Virus record (IMG/VR): IMGVR_UViG_3300042386_001233
Coordinates: 179,822-243,821 of that record
Direction: 5' to 3' (one strand)
DNA: 64,000 nucleotides
Part shown: in pieces, positions 53,131 to 63,756 of the stretch
How positions within the stretch are numbered: position 1 is the stretch's first letter
How the letters are laid out: every line of letters starts with the position of its first letter
Program-made: the position numbers and the translations under genes
The notes under the pieces: generated by a model
Database searches by the model: none
The model's input: the letters and a program-made list of their open reading frames with translations, nothing else
What the model was told of the DNA's origin: nothing

Positions 53131-55329
53131 ATGGCTAACAGAAAAACAAAAAACGAAATTATTAAAGACGCTAATATTATCCCAGAGGATGCGTATGTCA
53201 CATGGGGTGATGATTTGGCCAGTAAGCAGGAAGCTCTAAAAGCATCTGCTTCATCTTTAGACGAATTTACCTTAGTAGAAAGAGCTGTTGCTGCTGGTGG
53301 CAGAAGATATAGCTTAGACTTTTCTAATTTAGATGGTCAAACAGGAAGTCGTCCAGGTTTAACCAAATCAGATTACTATACTTTCCGTCCACAAGAAGCT
53401 CCTCCTAATCAAATAAAAGCCATCTTGCGCAGAGCAGATGAGGTTTATCAACGTGTGGGCTTGGTTAAAAATGTTATAGATTTGATGGGTGATTTTGCTA
53501 GTCAAGGCATCAGATTAGTTCACAGAAATAAAAGAATTGAAAGATTTTATAGGCAGTGGTTTAAAAAAATTAGTGGCAAAGATCGTAGCGAAAGATTTCT
53601 TAATAATATATACAAAAGCGGTAATATCGTTATTGATCGTAGAACAGCAAAAATAAGCGTTAAGGTTGCAGATAAGCTTTATAGGGCTTTGGGTTCTGCC
53701 GATATGCAATTGGCAGATCTTCCAGAAGTGTCTGTAGAAAAAAGAGAGATTCCTTGGAAATACACATTTATTGACCCTGCTTGTGTCGAGGTTGCTGCTG
53801 GAGCATTATCTTCATTTGTTAGCAACAAGACTTACGAATTACAATTACCACCATCATTACGAAGAATTATTAATAGTCCAAAAACAGAAGCTGAAAAAGC
53901 TGTTGTTTTAGGATTACCAGAACAGATTATAGAAGCAGCAAAAGCTAAGAAGCCATATCCTCTTGATCCTAATAAAACTCTAGTTTTTCATTATAAGAAA
54001 GACGATTGGCAATCATGGGCCTATCCTATGATTTATGCTATCATGGATGATATTACTGTTATTGAAAAGCTTAAACTAGCAGACATGGCTGCTCTCGACG
54101 GAGCAATTAGCAATATTCGCATATTCAAACTAGGTAGTCTAGAACATAAAATAGCGCCAACCAGAGCAGCTACTGCTAAACTAGCTAGTATTTTAGGTAA
54201 TAACGTTGGTGGTGGTACTATGGACTTGATTTGGGGGCCAGATATTGAACTGGTCGAATCAAATACTAACGTTCACAATTTTCTTGGAGAGGGTAAATAT
54301 ATTCCTCACTTGAATTCGGTATATGCTGGCCTGGGAATTCCTCCAACACTAACAGGAACGTTTGGTGCTGCTGGAACAACAAACAATTTCATTTCTCTAA
54401 AGACCCTCACTCAAAGACTACAATATGGCAGAGATGTTTTAATACAATTTTGGGAACAAGAAATTGCAATTGTACAGAAAGCAATGGGTTTCAAATATCC
54501 TGCTAAAATTGAATTTGATAGAATGGATCTTAGTAACGAAGATAGCGAAAAGGCATTACTAATACAACTAGCTGACAGAAATGTTATTAGCGATGAGTTG
54601 TTGCAAACAAGATTTGGTTTTGATCCAGACATTGAGAGATCAAGACTTAATCGTGAAAGCAGAGATAGGGCAGCTGAAAGGATGATACCAAAATCTGGAC
54701 CATGGCATGATCCACAATTTGAAAACGCTTTGCGTAAAATTTCTTTACAGCTTGGTATAGCTGCTCCTAGTCAAGTTGGTCTTGAGCTAGATCCTAAAAA
54801 GTCTGGAGAAAAAAATGCTCTAGAATTAAAACAAGCCTTAACTCCTCCTAAAATGCCGCCGGGATCAACTAATCCATCACCAGACAAGCTTCCTAAAGAA
54901 GCTGGAGAAGGAAGACCCAAACTATCTAAAGATAGTGAAAAACGAAAAGACAGAACATTCAGTCCAAGAACAGGTGCTTCATTAAGATTGTGGGCTACAG
55001 CAGCACAAGAAGATATTGGCGAAATTATTAACCCAATATTACTAGAGTTTTTTAATAAAAAGAATATTCGTAGCTTATCCAATATAGAAAATAAACAATT
55101 AGAAGACTTAAAAACAAATATATTGTTTAAATTTAATCCATACTCTAATATTAGTGAAGCAGAAATAGTTAAACAGATAAGTGAACCTATTGACCATAAT
55201 TTAATTAATAACTATTATAGTTGGTTAAAATTAATTTCGATAGATATAAACAGAGAATTAACAGTTGATGAAATCAAACAAGCTAAGGCTTCTTTCTATG
55301 ATATGGTGTATAACCAGTCAGCCAAATAA
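53131..55329 (+). CDS. portal protein
   Basis: 732 aa between TerL and protease; VYAGLGIP and helical clip/wing pattern. Confidence 0.75.
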   Translation: MANRKTKNEIIKDANIIPEDAYVTWGDDLASKQEALKASASSLDEFTLVERAVAAGGRRYSLDFSNLDGQTGSRPGLTKSDYYTFRPQEAPPNQIKAILRRADEVYQRVGLVKNVIDLMGDFASQGIRLVHRNKRIERFYRQWFKKISGKDRSERFLNNIYKSGNIVIDRRTAKISVKVADKLYRALGSADMQLADLPEVSVEKREIPWKYTFIDPACVEVAAGALSSFVSNKTYELQLPPSLRRIINSPKTEAEKAVVLGLPEQIIEAAKAKKPYPLDPNKTLVFHYKKDDWQSWAYPMIYAIMDDITVIEKLKLADMAALDGAISNIRIFKLGSLEHKIAPTRAATAKLASILGNNVGGGTMDLIWGPDIELVESNTNVHNFLGEGKYIPHLNSVYAGLGIPPTLTGTFGAAGTTNNFISLKTLTQRLQYGRDVLIQFWEQEIAIVQKAMGFKYPAKIEFDRMDLSNEDSEKALLIQLADRNVISDELLQTRFGFDPDIERSRLNRESRDRAAERMIPKSGPWHDPQFENALRKISLQLGIAAPSQVGLELDPKKSGEKNALELKQALTPPKMPPGSTNPSPDKLPKEAGEGRPKLSKDSEKRKDRTFSPRTGASLRLWATAAQEDIGEIINPILLEFFNKKNIRSLSNIENKQLEDLKTNILFKFNPYSNISEAEIVKQISEPIDHNLINNYYSWLKLISIDINRELTVDEIKQAKASFYDMVYNQSAK

Positions 55330-55343
55330 CTAAGGTAAAAACT

Positions 55344-56900
55344 ATGCAAATATTTGAACAAGAAAAAGCAGATGGTTTAGCTTCGGCTCTTCAAGCATCC
55401 GCCTCAATTTCTTATGCTAGTGTGGCACTGCCATACAACGGAGCTAATAAGGATATTAAATATCTAAAGAGCATAGCGTCGTTTAGCGATGAAGACTTAT
55501 ACTATGTTCAGTCCATTCTAGTATCGTCATCATGGAATAAAAATGATGATATATTTGATAAACTAGAAGTATGGAATGCTAGGAATACTCCAGAACATAA
55601 GCCTACCAATCTCGAACACAATGAAGAAACTATTATTGGTCATATTATTTCTAATTGGCCAATTACAGAAGATGGCATACTAATCGACGAAAATACTCCG
55701 GTAGATAATTTACCAGAAAAATATCATATATTAACTGGTTCTGTTATTTATAAGGGCTTTACTACTCCAGAACTCAGAGAAAGATCAGAAAAGCTGATTG
55801 CAGAAATCGAAAGTGGATCAAAGTACGTTAGTATGGAATGTTTCTTTAAGGGATTTGATTATGGTGTTTTAAATAAAGCTAGCGGAGAATACAAAATTCT
55901 TAGCAGAAATAATGAAACAGCATACCTAACAAAGTACCTGCGAGCATATGGTGGTCTTGGTGAACATGAAGACTATAAAATAGGTAGAGTTCTAAGAAAT
56001 ATTACCTTTACTGGTAAGGGTTATGTTGACAAACCAGCTAATCAAGATAGTATAATCTTTTCTAAGAATATGATTATTAAATCAGAACCAGAACCAGAAA
56101 CAATAATTGATAATTTTGAAGAAAAAAATGAAGAAATTGTCAATTCAGGTGTATTAAATTTTCAATCCAATACTAATTCGGAGATTTTAACTATGAGTGC
56201 AGCTAAAGAAGGGGTTGTAATGGCAAATACAGAAACTACAACAGAAGTCGTTGCGCAAGTAACTGAACTTAAAACAGCAAACGAAAAACTACAAGCAGAG
56301 CTTGCAGAAGTTGTTGCTGCCAAAGACAGTGAAATTGCTCAGATCAAAGAGCAGGCTGCACAATTACTAGCACAAGAAATCGAGAAGCTTCAAACAGAAA
56401 TGTTGGCTGAAGCTGCTAAGAAAATGGACGAAGAAAAGAAAGCTAAAGACGAAGAAATGACAAAAGTCAAGTCTGAGCTTGATGCCGCCAATGAAGTCAT
56501 TGCTGGCTATAAAATGAAAGAAGAAGAGATGGCCAAGAAAGAAAAGAAAATGAAACGTATGGCTTCTCTTGTTGAGGTTGGCTTTGATAACGAAGCAGCC
56601 TCTGCTACAGTAGATAAATTTGAGTCTCTTGATGATGTTTCTTTTGAGGCTATGACATCACTCTTTGCTGGCAAATTACCTCCTTGGTTAAACAAGAAGG
56701 ATAAGGAAGACGACAAAGAGAAGAAAGATAAGCCCAAAGCCTCGTCTGATAATGCCGATTCCCAGGTTTTGGAGCAGGCTGAAGAAGATGAGTCTGTTAA
56801 TTTGAGCGTCGGCGGCGAAACAGAATCCCAAGTGGATTCAACAAGAGCTGCTTTGGTCGAATTCGTATGTAGCAAACTAGGCAAAAAGAATAACAAATAA
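55344..56900 (+). CDS. prohead protease/scaffold fusion
   Basis: NLEH..IIGH, VSMEC, FTGKGYV.KPAN; coiled-coil C-terminus; internal in-frame start at 56193. Confidence 0.75.
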   Translation: MQIFEQEKADGLASALQASASISYASVALPYNGANKDIKYLKSIASFSDEDLYYVQSILVSSSWNKNDDIFDKLEVWNARNTPEHKPTNLEHNEETIIGHIISNWPITEDGILIDENTPVDNLPEKYHILTGSVIYKGFTTPELRERSEKLIAEIESGSKYVSMECFFKGFDYGVLNKASGEYKILSRNNETAYLTKYLRAYGGLGEHEDYKIGRVLRNITFTGKGYVDKPANQDSIIFSKNMIIKSEPEPETIIDNFEEKNEEIVNSGVLNFQSNTNSEILTMSAAKEGVVMANTETTTEVVAQVTELKTANEKLQAELAEVVAAKDSEIAQIKEQAAQLLAQEIEKLQTEMLAEAAKKMDEEKKAKDEEMTKVKSELDAANEVIAGYKMKEEEMAKKEKKMKRMASLVEVGFDNEAASATVDKFESLDDVSFEAMTSLFAGKLPPWLNKKDKEDDKEKKDKPKASSDNADSQVLEQAEEDESVNLSVGGETESQVDSTRAALVEFVCSKLGKKNNK

Positions 56901-56924
56901 CTCACTTTTAATGGAGATTTTACA

Positions 56925-57383
56925 ATGGCTCTAAAACCAGATCGTGTTGAACTTTTAACTGATGTTTCCTTTTTCATGAACACAACAGCCGAGCGTGGTG
57001 GTGTTGTCAGTGTTGTAACAGCCACCAGTGGTGTTGGCGTTTCAATGGACGACGCTAATGCTGTTGTTGCTTATGCTGCGGTTGCTTCTGGCGCCAAGCC
57101 AGTTGGCCTACTATTGAATGATGTTGTTAACCTTGATCTAACCAGACAGCACATCAACTGGCACAAAGACGAGACACAAGTTGGTGGCAAGGTCACCGTG
57201 CTTCGTGTTGGTCAGGTTACAACAAATATGTTAGTTGCTGCTATCACTCCTTCTGCTGGTGCTGATGCTTATGTTGGTGCTAGTGGCTTGATTGGAACAA
57301 GTAGTACGAATGCTGTTAAGATTGGTCAATTCCTTAGCGCCAAAGATACCGACGGCTACGTCAAAGTATCAGTTAACCTTTAA
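56925..57383 (+). CDS. capsid decoration/cement protein
   Basis: small gene between scaffold and capsid; Gly/Val beta-rich. Confidence 0.65.
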   Translation: MALKPDRVELLTDVSFFMNTTAERGGVVSVVTATSGVGVSMDDANAVVAYAAVASGAKPVGLLLNDVVNLDLTRQHINWHKDETQVGGKVTVLRVGQVTTNMLVAAITPSAGADAYVGASGLIGTSSTNAVKIGQFLSAKDTDGYVKVSVNL

Positions 57384-57412
57384 TCATTTTTCAATAACAG
57401 GGAGATAAACAC

Positions 57413-58423
57413 ATGTCAGCCAAAACCGAAAGATTTCAACCAACACCAGAGTTAACAGATCTTCTTGTTCGTTCTGGTTCGCCAAATAGAGAGGTCGCTC
57501 TTGCTGCTAATGCTGAATTTGCAAAAGCTCTTGAACTACCTCTTCGCAGAGGAGTTTTAAGTGGAGATATCCTAGACGGTATTTTCGAGCCAATTCAATT
57601 AGCTCAAAGTGCTACTCCAGAGTTTCCTCTTGATTTTCTAGCTCCTGGCACAGAAAAAGACTTTGTTGCCTATACAATCCCCAACCATGGATATATTCCA
57701 GAGCGCCATGTTGAAGGCGATTACGTCATGGTCCCAACATATGATGTTGGTGCATCCATCGACTATCTCCTAAAGTATGCCCGCGATGCTCGTTGGGACG
57801 TTGTTGGTCGTGCTATGGAAGTTCTAGAAGCTTCTTTCGTTAAGAAGATGAATGACGACGGCTGGCACACTATCTTGGCTGCTGGTGTTGATCGCAACAT
57901 CGTAGTATATGATAGTGATGCAAGCTCAAGTCAGTTCACAAAGAGACTAGTGAGTCTCATGAAGACTGTTATGCGTCGAAATGGTGGTGGTAACAGTACC
58001 AGTGCCAATAGAGGTCTCCTAACAGATCTTTATGTTTCTCCAGAAGCTATGGAAGATATTCGTAACTGGGGTCTTGATCAGGTTGACGAAGTTACTCGTA
58101 GAGAAATCTACACAGCTGCCGATGGCAGTCTCAACAGAGTATTCGGTGTCAATCTTCATGACCTAGATGAACTAGGTGTTGGACAACAGTATCAGTTGTT
58201 CTATTCCAACACGCTTGGAGCAAGTCTTCCAGGAAGTAAGACCGAAGTTGTTGTTGGTCTTGATCTTCGCAAGAGAGACAGCTTCATTATGCCAGTTCGT
58301 CAAGAAGTTCAGATCTTTGAAGACGATACACTACATCGTCAGAAGAGAGCTGGTTTCTACGGCTGGGCCGAACTAGGCTTTGCTGTTCTTGACAACCGCA
58401 GAGTTCTCGTTGGCGCACTATAA
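57413..58423 (+). CDS. major capsid protein (HK97 fold)
   Basis: 336 aa, position after scaffold/decoration, followed by strong terminator. Confidence 0.8.
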   Translation: MSAKTERFQPTPELTDLLVRSGSPNREVALAANAEFAKALELPLRRGVLSGDILDGIFEPIQLAQSATPEFPLDFLAPGTEKDFVAYTIPNHGYIPERHVEGDYVMVPTYDVGASIDYLLKYARDARWDVVGRAMEVLEASFVKKMNDDGWHTILAAGVDRNIVVYDSDASSSQFTKRLVSLMKTVMRRNGGGNSTSANRGLLTDLYVSPEAMEDIRNWGLDQVDEVTRREIYTAADGSLNRVFGVNLHDLDELGVGQQYQLFYSNTLGASLPGSKTEVVVGLDLRKRDSFIMPVRQEVQIFEDDTLHRQKRAGFYGWAELGFAVLDNRRVLVGAL

Positions 58424-58452
58424 TTTAGTGATCGTCAATAATTAATCAAAAG

Positions 58453-58489
58453 AAGATGGGCCAGTATTCGCTGGCCTGTCTTTTTTTTT
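58453..58489 (+). terminator. intrinsic terminator after capsid gene
   Basis: GGGCCAG-TATTCG-CTGGCCT then T-run. Confidence 0.85.
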
Positions 58490-58573
58490 ATACATATGCT
58501 TTTCAGCATAGTTATAGTTCCAAGGTGTATTAAACTATGAATATCTTACATAAAAATCTATTTAGGGCAGATT

Positions 58574-58981
58574 ATGGCAGCTAGTAAATACGATTTTATT
58601 ATCGAACAAGGTTCGTCTTTTAGATTAACATTAGTCTATAAAGATGAGAATGGCAACATTATTAATTTAAGTAATTGGTGTGCTAGACTAACCTGGAAAA
58701 CCAACACTAATATTACACAGGCTTTTACTACAGATAATTTAGATTATACCGTATATAAATTTACGATAGAACCAGAGCTAGGTAAACTGACTCTGCTTAT
58801 ACCAGCTAGTACAACCAATTCTTTTGCTTTTAATACGGCTAAGTATGACCTAGAATTACAAAGCGATGACGATTTGTATACTGGTGGAGGCAAATATATT
58901 AGTCGTTTACTTTTTGGAACAGCAACTATCGGCAAGAGATTTAGTCAATCTACAGATCTTTTGGAATGTGATAACACATGA
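58574..58981 (+). CDS. virion structural protein (baseplate/fibre adaptor-like)
   Basis: IEQGSSF..L.YKD..G..INL; YDLEL motif. Confidence 0.6.
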   Translation: MAASKYDFIIEQGSSFRLTLVYKDENGNIINLSNWCARLTWKTNTNITQAFTTDNLDYTVYKFTIEPELGKLTLLIPASTTNSFAFNTAKYDLELQSDDDLYTGGGKYISRLLFGTATIGKRFSQSTDLLECDNT

Positions 58982-59205
58982 GCAATTTTACATTAGAAAT
59001 TTTTGATACTAAGCATACTCTCGAAATAGAAACTGCTATAGCTAATACTTTTAATAATTTGACTATTGAGACTTCTTCAGATAAAAGTGTAGATATTACT
59101 GTTGGATATGCTGGTACTGTTGTATATGCTAGTGATATTTTAGGTTTAGATTCTTATTTAAGTAACTTTATAGACCAATATAGTATTGATTGTGGTTCAC
59201 CATAA
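58978..59205 (+). CDS. hypothetical structural protein
   Basis: ends IDCGSP like fibre proteins (IDGGTP). Confidence 0.55.
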   Translation: MSNFTLEIFDTKHTLEIETAIANTFNNLTIETSSDKSVDITVGYAGTVVYASDILGLDSYLSNFIDQYSIDCGSP

Positions 59206-59225
59206 TAATTATTAGGAGATGACAA

Positions 59226-60917
59226 ATGTCTGTTCAAACATTAATTCAAGTTCGTAGAGGCACAGCAAGCGAATGGAGAGTTGCCAATTCAACTCTTAGT
59301 GCTGGTGAATGGGGTTTTGAAACAGACACAAAAAGATACAAGATAGGTGATGGTCTAACCTCATGGAATAGTTTAGCATATTCCTCAATATTACCATCGT
59401 CTAATGATCTGACTGGAGTTAGTGGTATTGGGGTTAGTTTCACATCAAACTCCGGTATCCCTGTAAGAATAGCTGTTACGGGTATTGGCTCTTCTCAGGT
59501 GACAGATTTTAATAGTAGTGTGAGTGGACTATTACCAGTTAAAAGTCTAGTTGCTGGAACCAATATATCTGTTACTCCAACCGGAGACAAAGGATTTGTA
59601 ATATCCTCAGAGGGCCTAGACACCAATGCTGTAAAAGATGTTGTTGGATCTACTATTAGTGGTGTTAGTGGAGTAGCAGTTAGTTATAATAATACATCTA
59701 AAGTTGTTACAGTTAGTTTAAGTGATCCTTCTATCCAGTCTACCGATGTTACAGACTTTAATAGTGCTGTTAGTGGTTTAGTAAATGGTATTTACGCTCC
59801 TCTCAGCAGTCCGACATTCACCGGTTCTATAACAATTCCTAATGGTACTGGTAATTTTAGCTCTTTACAGGTTGGTAATGTCCCTGTTAGTGTTAGCGGA
59901 CATACTCATCTAGCAGCTAATATCACAAACTTTAATAGTGTAGTAAGTGGACTTATAGGAGTAAAGAGTTTAACTGGTACTAGTGGTATTGGAGTAGTAA
60001 ATAACGCTGGCAGCCATACCATTGCGATTACCGGGATTCCTAGCTCTCTAATTACGGACCTGGGTAATATCGCCACAACAGAGGTTGTTGGTAGAACGGG
60101 CATACTTCTTACTTATGATAGTGTTTATGATAAGATGTATATCGACACAACTGGTGTGTCTTTGGTAGGACATACTCATAGTTGGAGTAATATTTCAGAC
60201 GCTTCAGCTATTGTATCTCTTAATGAGTTAGCATATTTATCTGGAGTATCTGCCGGAACTGCTAGTGCAGGAAGGGCTTTGGTGCTTGATTCTAACAAGA
60301 ATATTACTTCTATTAATTCTATTACTACTACTGGAAACATTACTGTTGGTGGAAATTTAGTAGTACAAGGTACTACTACAACAGTTAACAGTACTACTGT
60401 AGAAATTGGTGATAATATTATTAGAGTCAATGCTAGTGGTCTTAATACCGGAGGTATGGAAGTTTATACTGGTAGTGATACAAAATCTTTTGTATGGAAT
60501 ACATCATCAAATAGATGGGAATTCACTGGTGGTAATATTTATACTAGTGGTAATTTTATTGGATCATTAAGCGGCAATGCTAGTACTGTTACTAACGGAG
60601 TATATACAACAGATACTGGTACAGTAACAAGTACAATGATTGCAAATGATACTATCGTTGATGCTGATATCAATAGTGCTGCCGCCATCTCTTATAGCAA
60701 ATTGAATCTTTCAGCAAGTATTACAAACTCTGATATTGCTAGTAATGCAGCTATCGCAGTTTCCAAACTAGCTAGTAGCGGAGTAACTATTGGTAGTACA
60801 GTTGTGAATCTTGGGTCATCAACTAATAGTATCGCTGGGCTAAGTAGTATTAGTGGCACCAGTGCCGGTAGCCCAACAACCCTCTACTACTGTGTCATCG
60901 ATGGCGGAACACCATAA
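59226..60917 (+). CDS. tail fibre-like protein with Mtd N-terminal domain
   Basis: IQVRRGTASEW..N..L.AGE.GFETDT...KIGDG..W.SL; TDFNSxVSGL repeats. Confidence 0.75.
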   Translation: MSVQTLIQVRRGTASEWRVANSTLSAGEWGFETDTKRYKIGDGLTSWNSLAYSSILPSSNDLTGVSGIGVSFTSNSGIPVRIAVTGIGSSQVTDFNSSVSGLLPVKSLVAGTNISVTPTGDKGFVISSEGLDTNAVKDVVGSTISGVSGVAVSYNNTSKVVTVSLSDPSIQSTDVTDFNSAVSGLVNGIYAPLSSPTFTGSITIPNGTGNFSSLQVGNVPVSVSGHTHLAANITNFNSVVSGLIGVKSLTGTSGIGVVNNAGSHTIAITGIPSSLITDLGNIATTEVVGRTGILLTYDSVYDKMYIDTTGVSLVGHTHSWSNISDASAIVSLNELAYLSGVSAGTASAGRALVLDSNKNITSINSITTTGNITVGGNLVVQGTTTTVNSTTVEIGDNIIRVNASGLNTGGMEVYTGSDTKSFVWNTSSNRWEFTGGNIYTSGNFIGSLSGNASTVTNGVYTTDTGTVTSTMIANDTIVDADINSAAAISYSKLNLSASITNSDIASNAAIAVSKLASSGVTIGSTVVNLGSSTNSIAGLSSISGTSAGSPTTLYYCVIDGGTP

Positions 60918-60948
60918 TTATTATTATTCAAAAATATAGGTAAAAACT

Positions 60949-62973
60949 ATGGCCTCATTATATACTTTTGGAAATAAATTTTCTTTCAAAAATAATAAAC
61001 TTACTATTAGAAATAGTTTGTTACCAGATTTTAATGGCGCAAATACTGGATTTGCTATTTGGAATGGTATTACTCGTCATTTAACAACTGTTGGAACAAA
61101 TGGTAGACCAAGCTATTATGGCTGTTTTGATATGACCGGTAATGCATATACTTGGAATGATTTAAATGGAACGGCTAGTGCGCAAAGAGGTTTAAGAGGC
61201 GGAGACTGGGACGATTACTATACTAATGATGAATCTTCAAAATTTCGTTTTTCTTATACAATAACTTCAACATGGTCAACTGTTGGTTTCCGTGTAGCCA
61301 GTTTATCTAATGAATACTCCTTAAATAATTTTGTTTTAGTTGGAGATATCAATAATTCTGCTGATACTACTGGATATGGAGCAGTTAGCTATTCTTATTA
61401 TATGAATAAATACCATGTAACTAATAATGAATATGTAGAATTTTTAAATGCTATTGCTAAGACTGATACATATAGCGTATATACAACTTCGATGAATAGT
61501 GACGCTAGAGCAGGAATTATCCGTAGTGGCTCTAGTGGTAATTACGTCTATAGCGTAAAAACGAATTACGGCAATAAACCAGCGGTATTGTTGAATTGGC
61601 TACACTCAGCAAGATACTGCAACTGGCTTCATAATAATAAACCGACAGGCGCACAAAATAGTGGAACTACAGAAGGAGGAGCATACACTCTAAATGGAAG
61701 AACTAGTGGTAATGCTGTAGTTAAAAACAGTGGAGCAAAATATCATATCCCAACAGAAAATGAATGGTACAAAGCGGGCTATTATAAAGGAGGAGGAACA
61801 AATAAAGGCTATTGGCTTTATGGTACACAAAGTAATACTCGCCCAGCTCCTGTTTATGCTGATGAGAATGGTAATGGTACTATAAGGCCAGTTAGTTTGA
61901 AGCCAACGACTGTTGTCGGATCCAATGTCTCAACAACTCCAGTTAGTGACAGAATTTATAATACTAATATCGTTGTGAATTATAGTAATGTGTCATCAGC
62001 TGGAATAACCGCAATTACTCCGATTACACAAAAAGACCCGAAACTTCCTGCTAATTTTAGCTTAAGTAATAATTTAGGCAAATATAATATTAGTACTAAT
62101 TCTTCTATATCTGGTAGTATAGACACCTGCTTCACACTACCGGCCTCTGTTACACAATCAGTTTTTGATAAAACAAGAATTTTTCATACCAATTCTTCCG
62201 GAGTTACTTCTGATGTAACAGTACTAACCGGCCCCAATGCTCCAAACTATTCTTTAAGAAAAATTTGTTGTAGAACTACTTCTTTTAGTGATTTTCATAT
62301 GGTGCCAGAAATAGACTTCGTTGATCAACCCATACCCAATTCTATTAGTGGAATTCCTGCTAATGGTACTATTGATTTAAGTTGGTCTATAAGTGATACT
62401 ACAGATATAGAAAACTATATCATAAAATATAGTACTGACACAGGATCTTCATGGACAGAATTTAACCATAATGCTTCTACAGGATTAGCTATTACTGTTG
62501 ATGGATTAACAAATAATACCAGCTATATCTTCACAATATCTTCGGTATCATCTTCTGGTATGAGCAACTTCTCCAATCCTAGTTCTTCTTTTACTCCAAT
62601 TCCTAGTATCCCTGATAGTCCAACCAATGTTGTTGGAATTCCCGGTATTGAGTCTGTTGACTTAAGATGGGACGTTCCTAACGACGGAGGCTCATCCATT
62701 ACTGATTATATTGTACAATATAGCTCTGATAGTGGGGCGACATGGACCACAACCAGCGAATCTATTATTTTATTTGCTGATGATATATCTACTACTAGAA
62801 ATTTTACAGTTTATAATTTAGGAATTATACCATATATCTTTAAAGTTTGTGCTGTCACTGAAGCTGGGAATAGTGATTTCTCCACCCCCTCGGACCCTGT
62901 AACACCATATTCTGATTCTTATGATATTTACATAGCAACCTATTCTACTATTGATCCTAATTTAATACCCTAG
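60949..62973 (+). CDS. FGE/SUMF1 (C-type lectin fold) + fibronectin III protein, permuted lectin domain
   Basis: DMTGN..W, RGGDW, GFRVAS precede VTNNEY..PTENEWYKA; two FN3 repeats. Confidence 0.75.
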   Translation: MASLYTFGNKFSFKNNKLTIRNSLLPDFNGANTGFAIWNGITRHLTTVGTNGRPSYYGCFDMTGNAYTWNDLNGTASAQRGLRGGDWDDYYTNDESSKFRFSYTITSTWSTVGFRVASLSNEYSLNNFVLVGDINNSADTTGYGAVSYSYYMNKYHVTNNEYVEFLNAIAKTDTYSVYTTSMNSDARAGIIRSGSSGNYVYSVKTNYGNKPAVLLNWLHSARYCNWLHNNKPTGAQNSGTTEGGAYTLNGRTSGNAVVKNSGAKYHIPTENEWYKAGYYKGGGTNKGYWLYGTQSNTRPAPVYADENGNGTIRPVSLKPTTVVGSNVSTTPVSDRIYNTNIVVNYSNVSSAGITAITPITQKDPKLPANFSLSNNLGKYNISTNSSISGSIDTCFTLPASVTQSVFDKTRIFHTNSSGVTSDVTVLTGPNAPNYSLRKICCRTTSFSDFHMVPEIDFVDQPIPNSISGIPANGTIDLSWSISDTTDIENYIIKYSTDTGSSWTEFNHNASTGLAITVDGLTNNTSYIFTISSVSSSGMSNFSNPSSSFTPIPSIPDSPTNVVGIPGIESVDLRWDVPNDGGSSITDYIVQYSSDSGATWTTTSESIILFADDISTTRNFTVYNLGIIPYIFKVCAVTEAGNSDFSTPSDPVTPYSDSYDIYIATYSTIDPNLIP

Positions 62974-63069
62974 AACCATTGTTCTTTTATAGTGGCTTTG
63001 GTATTGTCTGGGGCGTATAATTAACTATTATGATTTAATACATCCAATTCTCAGGAATAATACTTAAAG

Positions 63070-63756
63070 ATGGCCGTAAATGATCTGATCACATTTCGCA
63101 AAGGGACAGCTTCAGCATGGACTTCTGCTAATCCAGTATTAGCTAGTGGTGAGCCAGGATACGATCTGACCAATAAAATTTTTAAAATTGGGGACGGAGC
63201 ATCCAACTGGACTAGTTTAGGTAGTATAAACCTAGCTTCATCTAATATAACAGATTTTAATAGTAGTGTGAGTGGACTATTACCAGTAACTAATATTGTG
63301 GCCGGATCTGGTATTACAATATCTTCTTCTAATGCAATCTACACCATAAATTCTACAGCAACAGGAGGAACACCTTCTCCTACTGGGAATTTCGTGGTTG
63401 AATCTTTACACGTATCTAATAGATATACGGAAACGGTTTCAGCTATCAGTATTTCATCAAATACCCTAGTTATAAATCTAGATACTTGTAATTTATTTAA
63501 CTGTGCTCTTAATTCCAATATCAACACTCTTACCATATCAAATGTTCCGTCAACTTCTGGAGTCTCTATTGGTTTTACTATTATTTTTACAGCAGACGGA
63601 ACGCCAAGAAGTGTATCCTGGCCTAATAGCGTGAAGTGGCAAGCTGGCACGGCTCCTAACATAACTAGCGTAAATGGTAAAATAGACACATTTAGCTTTT
63701 TATCAGTGAACAACGGAACTTCGTGGCTAGGCTTTGTTGGAGGGCAGAATTACTAA
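63070..63756 (+). CDS. fibre protein with Mtd N-terminal domain
   Basis: FRKGTASAWTSANPVLASGEPG..KIGDG; SVSWP..VKW..GTAP. Confidence 0.75.
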   Translation: MAVNDLITFRKGTASAWTSANPVLASGEPGYDLTNKIFKIGDGASNWTSLGSINLASSNITDFNSSVSGLLPVTNIVAGSGITISSSNAIYTINSTATGGTPSPTGNFVVESLHVSNRYTETVSAISISSNTLVINLDTCNLFNCALNSNINTLTISNVPSTSGVSIGFTIIFTADGTPRSVSWPNSVKWQAGTAPNITSVNGKIDTFSFLSVNNGTSWLGFVGGQNY

